Shown piece by piece: positions 50,388 to 58,763 of a DNA stretch of 64,000 nucleotides. The notes under the pieces are model-generated. The model made no database searches. It saw only the letters and a list, made by a program, of their open reading frames with translations, and was not told the DNA's origin. Both the position numbers and the translations under genes were made by a program. How positions within the stretch are numbered: position 1 is the first letter of the stretch; each line of letters opens with the position of its first letter. Source of the DNA: Kiritimatiellia bacterium (GTDB lineage: Bacteria > Verrucomicrobiota > Kiritimatiellia > CAIVKH01); the NCBI GenBank assembly GCA_039807095.1, contig JBDHQM010000002.1, forward strand, positions 97,261-161,260. Reading direction: 5' to 3'.

Positions 50388-51770
50388 ATGATCTACCGGC
50401 TGATATTCTTGAACGGTCCGCGAACCGGTGAGCGAATCACCGTCGCGGAACAGCCGATGTGCGCAGGGTCCGATCCTCAGTGCGCAATTCACATTGAAGA
50501 CCCCGAAATTGCGCGGCGACACGCTGAAATTTTCCAAAAAAACGATGAGCTGTTCATTCGCGACCTCGGGTCAATGAACAAAATCCTCGTGAACAAGCGA
50601 GAGGTCCAGGACGCACGTCTGAAACACGGCGATGAGTTCGAACTCGGCCGCACCAAACTTGTCGTCCAGGCCCTGGTCCAAGCCGAAGTAGAAGGCCGAT
50701 CACACGCGCGCAGGCGACGCCGTCAAACCACCTGGGCGCTTGCCTCCCTGCTGCTCATCGGACTCGTGCTCGCCCTCTCCGCGCGCTACATCCCACACGA
50801 AACACCCGAAGACGCCGGGAACGCAAGCGCGCTGGCCACCCCGGAAAACATAGACAGCGCCGCGCGCACACGCGCAACGCCCTCGCCAGCGCTCACAGAG
50901 GACATTCGGACACTCCGCGAAGACCTTCGCGCAATTCAAGACACCGTCAAACAGCTCGGCGTCACAACCGCACCGCCGCCATCCGCCCTCCCCACCCTCA
51001 CCCCGCCCCCTTCGCCCCGCACCGCTCGCGAAGAAGCCGAAGAGCTCATCGTCGCCGCGCGCGAGGCGCGCACCACCGGACACCCGGCCGAAGCCGACCG
51101 CCTGCTGGCGCACATCCAGAATCTCGACCCCGATTATCTCCCCGCGTACGAAGAGCGCGCACGCCTCCTCGAAAGTCAGGGCCGCACCGGCGAAGCCGCC
51201 GCACAGTGGTCCGAAATTCTGCGCCGCAGCACGGAATCGCCGATTTATCAAAAAGCCGTCTCGGAACGCATTCGCCTCAGTCGCTTCAACTCGCCGGGAC
51301 TCGACGCGCCCGAACTCAAAATCGCGGCCGTTCAGCAGACGCGATTTCCCGCCACGGCAGACTACGACGAAATGCGTGTCCTCAAAATCACACTGCAATC
51401 TGAAAGCGCATTTCGTCTGAACCCCGACGACCTCCGCATCGAAGTCGCGTTCTACGACCGCAACCCCGACACCGGCGTCATCGCCCCCTCTGCGGGACGC
51501 ACCTCTCAGCAGGCCATGGAGCCCACTCCCGAATGGGGCTCCCTCGACGAACGCACCCTCACTGCCACCTGCGTAATTCCGAAGGGCATGCGCGAACAGC
51601 AAACAGCCACAGGCGAGCCCTGCACATATTACGGCTACTACCTCCGCCTGATCTATCTCGACCACAAGCTCGATGAAGCTGCGCAACCCCGCCCCCTGCT
51701 CGCCAAAGCCTCCGCCAGCGCGGAGCGCGAGCGCCCCACACGCGTCAAGCCCATCGCATCGGCGCCATGA
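50388..51770 (+). CDS. FHA-domain protein with TM segment and TPR-like periplasmic region
   Basis: N-terminal FHA fold (CAIHIEDPEIARRHAEI...GSMNKILVN) and a TM segment around residues 110..135. Confidence 0.7.
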   Translation: MIYRLIFLNGPRTGERITVAEQPMCAGSDPQCAIHIEDPEIARRHAEIFQKNDELFIRDLGSMNKILVNKREVQDARLKHGDEFELGRTKLVVQALVQAEVEGRSHARRRRRQTTWALASLLLIGLVLALSARYIPHETPEDAGNASALATPENIDSAARTRATPSPALTEDIRTLREDLRAIQDTVKQLGVTTAPPPSALPTLTPPPSPRTAREEAEELIVAAREARTTGHPAEADRLLAHIQNLDPDYLPAYEERARLLESQGRTGEAAAQWSEILRRSTESPIYQKAVSERIRLSRFNSPGLDAPELKIAAVQQTRFPATADYDEMRVLKITLQSESAFRLNPDDLRIEVAFYDRNPDTGVIAPSAGRTSQQAMEPTPEWGSLDERTLTATCVIPKGMREQQTATGEPCTYYGYYLRLIYLDHKLDEAAQPRPLLAKASASAERERPTRVKPIASAP

Positions 51771-52594
51771 CCGCCCCGGCACCACGCGAACGCATCTCCG
51801 CGTGCGTCATCGTTTTCAACGAGGAAAAGAAAATCCGCCGATGCCTCGAAAGCCTGCTCTGGTGCGATGAGATCGTGGTTCTCGACAGCTTCAGCACAGA
51901 CAAAACCATCGAAATCTGCCGCGAATATACCGACCGCATTTTCCAGCACGTCTGGCTCGGCTATGTCGGACAGCGCAACAAAGTCCGTACCCTCGCCCGC
52001 TACAACTGGATACTCAACATAGATTCAGACGAAGAAATCTCACCCGGCCTGCGCGAAGAAATCCTCGCTGAATTTGAGAACGACAAACCGCAACATCTCG
52101 GCTACGAGTTCCCCCGCCAGGTCTACTATCTCGGCAAGTGGATTCACCACGGAGAGTGGTATCCCGACGTCAAGCTGCGCCTCTTCCACAAAGACTACGG
52201 TCGCTCCGAAGGAGAAGAACCGCACGACAAAGTCGTGGTCAACGGCCCCATCAAACGGCTGAAGTATCCGCTCTGGCACTACACCTACGACGATCTGCGG
52301 GACCACCTCGACACACTCGACCGTTTTTCCACCATCTCCGCACGCCAGAAGTTCGTGCAAAACCCGCGATTCAAACCGCTGGATATTCTGACCCGCCCCC
52401 CGCTGCGCTTCCTCAAAGGCTACATCCTCAAACACGGGTTTCTCGACGGCTGGCACGGGCTCATCATCGCCATCACCAGCTCCTTCGGCGTCTTCATGAA
52501 ATACGCCAAACTCTGGGAACTCGCGATGCGCAAGAAACACGCCTTCCGCCAGTTTCCTGACCCCGGAACCGGCCCCGGATCACGCCCCTCGTGA
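51767..52594 (+). CDS. GT2 LPS-core glycosyltransferase (WaaE/KdtX-like)
   Basis: ISACVIVFNEE...DSFSTDKT motifs. About 275 aa. Confidence 0.75.
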   Translation: MTAPAPRERISACVIVFNEEKKIRRCLESLLWCDEIVVLDSFSTDKTIEICREYTDRIFQHVWLGYVGQRNKVRTLARYNWILNIDSDEEISPGLREEILAEFENDKPQHLGYEFPRQVYYLGKWIHHGEWYPDVKLRLFHKDYGRSEGEEPHDKVVVNGPIKRLKYPLWHYTYDDLRDHLDTLDRFSTISARQKFVQNPRFKPLDILTRPPLRFLKGYILKHGFLDGWHGLIIAITSSFGVFMKYAKLWELAMRKKHAFRQFPDPGTGPGSRPS

Positions 52595-53370
52595 AAATTA
52601 CCCGCACCATTTCACTCACCGCTCTCACCCTCCTCCTCATCACGCCCTCGACCCGCACGTACGGAATGACCTTCTACGGACGCGCAGAGCAACTCGCGTG
52701 GGAAGAATTCTCCGAAGGCGCGCGCATCCTGAAAGAAGACGGCCTCCGCTACGGAATCGGCGTCAATGGCATCGCAGAAGATTTCGATATCTGGCAGCTC
52801 GGCTTTCGCGCCGAAGGCACACTCGGATCCGTTGACTATGAAGGCCACACATTCGGCGGCGAACCGAAGTCATCCAACACCGACTACTTCGGTTTGCGCA
52901 CCGAAATCTATGCCTCCTTCCTCGCCCGCGACGGCACCGGCCTAAACGCGCATCCCATTCTCGGTATCGGAGGCCGCTATTGGATTCGACGCATCTCCAA
53001 AGGCAGCGCAAACAACGGCGGCTACGACGAAGGCTGGCTCACAATCTATGGCCAACTCGGTGTCGAACTTGAATGGATCGCCACCGGAAACCTCCACCTC
53101 TACGCCCGCATGCTTCGCCGTCCCGCCATCTATAACAACACCCAATACAGTCTCGAACTCGAAGACGAAAAAACCTTCTCCTTAAAACCCGGACGCGACA
53201 CCACCTGGGACCTCGAAGTCGGCATCGCCTACCGCGACATACAACTCTCCGCCTTCTACGAAACCCTTTCCTTCAAACGCTCACCCTCCCGCATCGTCCC
53301 CCCCATCGAAGCCTACCAACCCGAATCCGAAGGCACCCTCCTCGGCCTTCAATTGGGTATCAGTTGGTAG
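52591..53370 (+). CDS. outer-membrane beta-barrel protein
   Basis: Signal peptide, alternating amphipathic strands and a C-terminal aromatic residue (..QLGISW). Confidence 0.55.
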   Translation: MKITRTISLTALTLLLITPSTRTYGMTFYGRAEQLAWEEFSEGARILKEDGLRYGIGVNGIAEDFDIWQLGFRAEGTLGSVDYEGHTFGGEPKSSNTDYFGLRTEIYASFLARDGTGLNAHPILGIGGRYWIRRISKGSANNGGYDEGWLTIYGQLGVELEWIATGNLHLYARMLRRPAIYNNTQYSLELEDEKTFSLKPGRDTTWDLEVGIAYRDIQLSAFYETLSFKRSPSRIVPPIEAYQPESEGTLLGLQLGISW

Positions 53371-53474
53371 AGGGCACCAAGGCGCAAGGGCATCCGGCTT
53401 CGTCCCGTCCCGACTCTTGGAGGTCGGGACGGAACTACGCCGTGACAAGCAAAGGCACAAAGTTTAAGAGTCGT
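53367..53474. repeat. intergenic repeat copy 1 (about 100 bp) with a 10-bp-stem hairpin CCGTCCCGAC-TCTTGGAG-GTCGGGACGG at 53405..53432
   Basis: About 90% identical to 53861..53960. Confidence 0.7.
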
Positions 53475-53860
53475 CTATTCACCAATCCACCCGCTGTAGT
53501 TCCGCCACTCCGCTGGCGGAATGCCGAACCAAGCACCTCTCGGAGGGGCAGGCGATGCCAGCCTGCCCCTGGCAGGTCCTGCCCGCCTCTAGCAATTCCT
53601 ACCCTCGTCAATAAGGTCATTGCGGTCATTCAGGTCAAACCATTGTTCGAGTAGATCGAATTGGGCGACATTATCGAGTGGTTCGAATTCTTTCCGCCTT
53701 CATCATATTTCTCTTTTCTTCCTCCACCCTTCGTGCTCTTCGTGGTTAATCAAATCCGAAATTCGCCATTCGAAATCCGAAATTCCTTTCTCTTCCATCA
53801 GTGAAAATCCGTGAAATCCGTGGTTGGAAAAAGGAGTTAGGAGTTGGGAGTTAGGAGTTC

Positions 53861-53960
53861 GTAGAAGGCACAAAGGCATCCGGCTTCGTCCCGTCCCGAC
53901 TCTTGGAGGTCGGGACGGAACTACGCCGTGGCAAGCAATGGCACAAAGTTTAAGAGTCGT
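53861..53960. repeat. intergenic repeat copy 2 with the same hairpin (53891..53918)
   Basis: Second copy. Each copy is associated with a CATCAGTGAAAATCCG..ATCCGTGGTTG..AAAAAGGAG..TAGGAG tail motif (53797..53850 and 54057..54110). Confidence 0.7.
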
Positions 53961-54245
53961 TAGTTTTTCAGCGCCCCACAGAATGGCCGATCTTCTTTTT
54001 CCACAATTTTCTTCCCGTCCATCCGGTCAATCCCGTTATCCGGTCTCTTCTTTCATCATCAGTGAAAATCCGCGACATCCGTGGTTGAAAAAAAGGAGGT
54101 AGGAGCTGAAAATTTCTCTTCTCTTTTTCTCCTCTATTCGTGTCTCTTGGTGTTCATTCGTGGTTAAATCCTTCTTCCTCATCAGGCCTCAAAAAATCCC
54201 TTCGCAAACTCGCGCCGCTCTGCAAGCATCGGATCCACGAACGCC

Positions 54246-54905
54246 ATGACTACAAAACCTGCACCGCAACTCCGCAATCGGGCTAACGAAATACTCACCC
54301 GACTCCGTCGCCACATCGAACTCCGCTGCGAACTCGATTTCACTTCTCCCCTCGAACTCGCTGTCGCCGCAATCCTCGCCGCACAATGTACCGACAAACG
54401 TGTCAACGAGGTCACCCCCGCCCTCTTCAAAAAATACCGCACCGCAAAAGACTATGCCGACGCAGACCCGACGGAACTCGAGGCCCTCATCAAATCCACC
54501 GGCTTCTTCCGCAACAAAGCCAAGAGCATCCGCGCGCTCGGCGCCGCACTCATCGCACACCACAACGGCCAACTCCCGCGCGATCTCGAACAACTCATCA
54601 AACTCCCCGGCATCGGACGCAAAACCGCCAACCTCCTCATGGCCGATGCATTCGGACAACCCGGTCTCATCATTGACACCCACCAAATCCGCGTGAACCA
54701 GCGCCTCGGCATCACCAAACAAACCGATCCCGCCAAAATCGAAATGGAGCTTCGCGACCTCCTCCCCCCCTCCGACTGGACCGACTGGTCTCACGCCCTC
54801 ACCCTCCACGGCCGCTACACCTGCATCGCGCGAAAACCCAAATGCGGCGAATGTCCCCTCACCGATCTCTGCCCCTATTTCGCCGAACACCCCATCACCA
54901 AATAA
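54246..54905 (+). CDS. nth: endonuclease III
   Basis: HhH-GPD motif (LPGIGRKTANLL) and the C-terminal 4Fe-4S Cys cluster (C-x6-C-x2-C-x5-C). Confidence 0.9.
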   Translation: MTTKPAPQLRNRANEILTRLRRHIELRCELDFTSPLELAVAAILAAQCTDKRVNEVTPALFKKYRTAKDYADADPTELEALIKSTGFFRNKAKSIRALGAALIAHHNGQLPRDLEQLIKLPGIGRKTANLLMADAFGQPGLIIDTHQIRVNQRLGITKQTDPAKIEMELRDLLPPSDWTDWSHALTLHGRYTCIARKPKCGECPLTDLCPYFAEHPITK

Positions 54906-54967
54906 GCGCGAAACTGCACCCTCGCATCTCCGAAACAGTTGACACCACACGCCATTAACCTAGCCTA

Positions 54968-56032
54968 GTGCCCATGAGCGCTATTTTTCGCCTACTTCGC
55001 GTCGCTACCGTCGCCGCCATCCTCTTCGCCGCACTCCCCGCTCACGCACAGCAGGAAGTCAAAACAACCCCCGCCAAAGAAGTTGCCGCCAACCCGCAGC
55101 GCTTCTGGGCGCGCGGCGTAGTCTTCCGCGACACCCTCGTCGAGGCGCCCGCCAAAGAAACCATCACACTCGCCGGCGCGCGCGTGTACAAATTCACAAC
55201 CAAAACCGTCGGCACCTGCTACGCCGACGAAAAAGTACTCGCCGCTCTTCAAGCGCTCGCACCCAACCGCGAATACATCTTCGGCGCATCCGTCCTCAGC
55301 CAGCAGACCGGCTTCTTCCGGAAAAAGACCATCTATCGAGTCGTCGTCAACGGCCTCGTCATCCCCACCCAGGGAGTTGACGATCTCCCCGAAATGATCG
55401 AGACCGCCATTGAGCAGGCCGCCGAAGAGAATCCTCTCCGCCAGCACCTCGTCATTCTCAAGCAGCTTATCGTCAGCGTCCAGGAATCCATCACCGCTTC
55501 AGCCGCCACCGACCAGATTGATCGCTCGCAATACCTGGACCCCAAATCAGAGTACTTCGACAAACTCATCCAAGTCTGTCGGCGCGCCGTCAACGACCTT
55601 GAAACCGAAACCAAAACTCCGGGCCGCGAACAGCTCGCCCAAATCCTCGCCGCCCTCGTCTCGCTTGAAGAAGGCGCACTCACCCCCGCTGCACAGCCCG
55701 CAACCCACCACACAGATAACAGCAGCGACACCGCCTCCACTCCGCCCGACGAGCAGCCCGCGACGGAAAACGCCCCCGCCACCGAGTCGCCCGTAAAAAC
55801 CAAATCCCGCCACTGGTACTGGCCCTTCGGCGGCAGCGACAAATCCGCACCCGCCACGGAAGAGATCGAAACACAAACACCCGCTGCTGAACCCCTCGAC
55901 CCCGAACCCCAACCGCCCCTCGCGCTCTCCGCAAAGAACATCGCGCCCGCCCCCGAAGCACAAGACAACGAACCCCCTCTCGACGCGAGCGAAAGCGAAG
56001 ACGAACCCGCCATCGAAGAATCCGCCCCCTGA
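54968..56032 (+). CDS. secreted protein with acidic Pro/Glu/Ala/Thr-rich low-complexity C-terminus
   Basis: Signal peptide (..ALPAHAQQ). The C-terminal roughly 130 aa are low-complexity. Confidence 0.5.
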   Translation: MPMSAIFRLLRVATVAAILFAALPAHAQQEVKTTPAKEVAANPQRFWARGVVFRDTLVEAPAKETITLAGARVYKFTTKTVGTCYADEKVLAALQALAPNREYIFGASVLSQQTGFFRKKTIYRVVVNGLVIPTQGVDDLPEMIETAIEQAAEENPLRQHLVILKQLIVSVQESITASAATDQIDRSQYLDPKSEYFDKLIQVCRRAVNDLETETKTPGREQLAQILAALVSLEEGALTPAAQPATHHTDNSSDTASTPPDEQPATENAPATESPVKTKSRHWYWPFGGSDKSAPATEEIETQTPAAEPLDPEPQPPLALSAKNIAPAPEAQDNEPPLDASESEDEPAIEESAP

Positions 56033-56042
56033 TCAAGCGTCA

Positions 56043-56071
56043 TTGCAACTCGCGCTCACCTTCGCTATAAT
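56043..56071 (+). promoter_or_regulatory. sigma-70-like promoter TTGCAA-N17-TATAAT for tRNA-Thr
   Basis: The -10 hexamer ends about 18 nt before the mature tRNA 5' end. Confidence 0.5.
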
Positions 56072-56088
56072 TCCGCCTTCCTACCCAC

Positions 56089-56161
56089 GCCAGCGTAGCT
56101 CAGTTGGTAGAGCAGCTGATTTGTAATCAGCAGGTCGGGGGTTCGAATCCCTTCGCTGGCT
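56089..56161 (+). tRNA. tRNA-Thr (anticodon UGU)
   Basis: Cloverleaf: acceptor GCCAGCG/CGCTGGC, D-arm GCTC..GAGC, anticodon stem GCTGA/TCAGC with loop TTTGTAA, T-loop TTCGAAT. A genomic CCA follows. Confidence 0.85.
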
Positions 56162-56335
56162 CCACTCTTTTCCCTCGTTTTCCCAAGCAATCAGGCGCAT
56201 TTTGGCCAATAAACACGGGCCTTTTCTCAATATCCGCCCTTTTCGCGCTGTTCGCTTTTCTTCGCTTACGTGCCTTTGCGAAGTCTTCCAAAATGATGCA
56301 CGAAAGCAGAGCAGAAGCAGAGCATCCCTTTTTGA

Positions 56336-56569
56336 CTGATTTTCCTGCACGCCCCTGCCCTGCCTCTCGGTCGCCCCGGTCGCGGTCTTTTTACACCCCG
56401 CCAAACGCGCAACACGGCCTCAGTGGTTCCGGTCGGCTCCAGTATCGCGGCGCGGATAGATCGGGCCGCCTGCGCGATTCCTGCGGATGTTTATGAAGAC
56501 AAGCACGTAGGGCCGCATGTGGGATCAGATCACTTCCCGGTCGTCGTGGAGTTTGCCACCCGCGAGTAG
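56336..56569 (+). pseudogene. possible 3' remnant of an endonuclease/exonuclease/phosphatase (EEP) family gene
   Basis: Stop-to-stop frame with no ATG. It ends ..HVGPHVGSDHFPVVVEFATRE*, and SDH-x-PV is the typical EEP C-terminal catalytic motif. It lies between the tRNA and the groEL terminator. Confidence 0.25.
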
Positions 56570-56653
56570 CGCGCTCACGAACGCTCTGCAATTCTTCAAA
56601 GAACGGAACGCCGATCTCCCGATCGGCATCCCCTCCTTCTCACACCATGCCGC

Positions 56654-56684
56654 AAAAAAACGGGCGGCCCGGAGGCCGCCCGTT
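56654..56684 (-). terminator. rho-independent terminator of groEL
   Basis: GGGCGGCC-TCCG-GGCCGCCC hairpin followed by TTTTTTT on the minus strand, about 25 nt after the groEL stop. Confidence 0.8.
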
Positions 56685-56709
56685 TCTATAGTCCGTTTGA
56701 CCGGATGGA

Positions 56710-58332
56710 TTAGTAGTCCATTCCGCCCGGAGGCATGGCCGGAGCTGCTTCCTTCTTCTCGGGCACCTCGGTGATCATGCACTCGGTCGTGAGCAACAGA
56801 CCGGCGATGCTCGCCGCGTGCTGGAGCGCCGAACGGGTGACCTTGGTCGGATCAATGATACCGGCCTTGATCATGTCCACATACTCGCCAGAAGCGACGT
56901 TGTAGCCATTGCTCCCCTTCGACTTCTTGACTTCCTGCACCACCACAGCGCCTTCGATGCCTGCGTTGGCCACCAACTGACGGAGCGGAGACTCGCACGC
57001 ACGGCGCACAATGTCAGCGCCAATGGCTTCGTCACCGGAGAGGCTGAGGTCGTCCAGCGCGTTCTGCGCGCGCAAGAGCGCAACGCCACCGCCTGCCACA
57101 ATACCCTCTTCCACCGCTGCGCGGGTCGCGTGCAACGCGTCTTCCACGCGGGCCTTCTTCTCCTTCATCTCCGTCTCGGTCGCCGCACCGACGTTGATCA
57201 CAGCCACACCGCCTGCCAGCTTGGCCAGACGTTCCTGCAGCTTCTCGCGATCGTAGTCGGACGTGGTTTCCTCGATCTGGCGACGAATCTGGCCAATGCG
57301 GGCCTGAATGTCCGCAGACTTGCCAGCGCCTTCAACGATGGTCGTGTTGTCCTTGTCAATCGTGACGCGCTTCGCGCGGCCGAGATCGGCCGGCTGGATG
57401 CTCTCCAGCTTGATGCCGAGGTCTTCCGAAATGAAGCGACCACCGGTCAGGATTGCGATGTCTTCCATCATGGCCTTGCGGCGATCACCGAAGCCCGGCG
57501 CCTTGACGGCGGCGACTTGCAGCGTGCCACGGATCTTGTTGACCACGAGGGTTGCCAGCGCTTCGCCTTCCACGTCTTCCGCGATGATGAGGAGCGGACG
57601 ACCGCTCTTCGCCACCGACTGGAGCAACGGGAGGAGATCCTGCAGGTTCGAAATCTTCTTTTCGAAGATCAAGAGATAAGCATCGTCCAGAACCGCTTCC
57701 ATCGTGTCCGGGTTGGTCACGAAGTACGGGGAGAGATAGCCCTTGTCGAACTGCATACCTTCCACGACATCGAGCGAGGTCTCAATGCTCTTGGCCTCTT
57801 CAACCGTGATGGTGCCGTCCTTGCCGACCTTGTCCATCGCGTCCGCAATGATTTCGCCGATCGCCGTTTCGCCGTTGGCCGAAACCGTCGCAACCTGCGC
57901 AATCTCTGCGCGGTCTTTGACCTTCTTGCTCTGCTTGTGGAGGTTCGCGACGATGGACTCAACCGCGGCGTCAATTCCGCGCTTGAGGCTCATCGGGCTC
58001 GCACCCGCGGTGACGTTCTTCAGACCTTCGCGATAGATGGCTTCCGCCAGCACGGTGGCTGTCGTTGTTCCATCGCCCGCGATGTCGCTCGTCTTGCTCG
58101 CGACTTCGCGAACCATCTGAGCGCCCATGTTCTCGAAGGGATCCGCCAATTCGACTTCCTTCGCTACGGATACGCCGTCTTTCGTGATCGTCGGCGAACC
58201 GAACTTCTTATCAATCACGACATTGCGGCCACGCGGACCCAGCGTCGCCTTGACCGCGCGGCTCAATTTCTCCACGCCGGCCAGGATGAGCTGACGCGCT
58301 TCCTGGTCATATTTCAACTGTTTAGCTGCCAT
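56710..58332 (-). CDS. groEL: chaperonin GroEL
   Basis: Canonical GroEL sequence with a Gly-Met C-terminal tail. Confidence 0.97.
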   Translation of the reverse strand: MAAKQLKYDQEARQLILAGVEKLSRAVKATLGPRGRNVVIDKKFGSPTITKDGVSVAKEVELADPFENMGAQMVREVASKTSDIAGDGTTTATVLAEAIYREGLKNVTAGASPMSLKRGIDAAVESIVANLHKQSKKVKDRAEIAQVATVSANGETAIGEIIADAMDKVGKDGTITVEEAKSIETSLDVVEGMQFDKGYLSPYFVTNPDTMEAVLDDAYLLIFEKKISNLQDLLPLLQSVAKSGRPLLIIAEDVEGEALATLVVNKIRGTLQVAAVKAPGFGDRRKAMMEDIAILTGGRFISEDLGIKLESIQPADLGRAKRVTIDKDNTTIVEGAGKSADIQARIGQIRRQIEETTSDYDREKLQERLAKLAGGVAVINVGAATETEMKEKKARVEDALHATRAAVEEGIVAGGGVALLRAQNALDDLSLSGDEAIGADIVRRACESPLRQLVANAGIEGAVVVQEVKKSKGSNGYNVASGEYVDMIKAGIIDPTKVTRSALQHAASIAGLLLTTECMITEVPEKKEAAPAMPPGGMDY

Positions 58333-58349
58333 TTGCTGTTCTCCTTAAA

Positions 58350-58640
58350 TCAGGCCTCGATCACGCCGAGGATGTCTTCCTCGCGCACAATCTGGTATTC
58401 CTTGCCATCAACTTTGACCTCGGTTCCGCCGTATTTCGGCATCAACACGCGGTCGCCCTTCTTCACGTTGAAGGGAATCTTCTCACCCTTCTCGTTCAAC
58501 TTACCCGTACCCACGGCAATGACTTTGCCTTCCTGGGGCTTCTCTTTGGCCGTGTCCGGAATGATGATGCCACCCTTGTTGACTTCCCCTTCCTTGAGGG
58601 GCTCCACGAGGACGCGATCACCTAGCGGTTGGATCTTCAT
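58350..58640 (-). CDS. groES: co-chaperonin GroES
   Basis: [12 protein letters not shown].. 96 aa. GAGAGGAAAG RBS. Confidence 0.95.
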   Translation of the reverse strand: MKIQPLGDRVLVEPLKEGEVNKGGIIIPDTAKEKPQEGKVIAVGTGKLNEKGEKIPFNVKKGDRVLMPKYGGTEVKVDGKEYQIVREEDILGVIEA

Positions 58641-58721
58641 GCGGTTCTTTCCTCTCGTTTCTGTTGCTTGTGTATTCCCGGGCGCAGGCACCCGCCGGTG
58701 CGCCCAATGAAAGTTGCGAAA

Positions 58722-58748
58722 GCGCTCGCGCGAATCGCGCGCGAGCGC
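58722..58748. promoter_or_regulatory. perfect 11-5-11 GC-rich palindrome GCGCTCGCGCG-AATCG-CGCGCGAGCGC between dnaK and groES
   Basis: 16 bp after the dnaK stop. Followed on the minus strand by a weak T-rich run. Candidate attenuator/terminator or operator. Confidence 0.4.
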
Positions 58749-58763
58749 CGTGTGCGCGATGGC

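Noticed and set aside
53367-54165. Possible CRISPR array in the repeat-rich gap
   Set aside because: Only two long copies at irregular spacing. No short regular repeat-spacer periodicity and no cas genes anywhere in the window.
56081-56404. 107-aa minus-strand ORF overlapping tRNA-Thr
   Set aside because: Overlaps a structurally well-supported tRNA gene. No coding signal.
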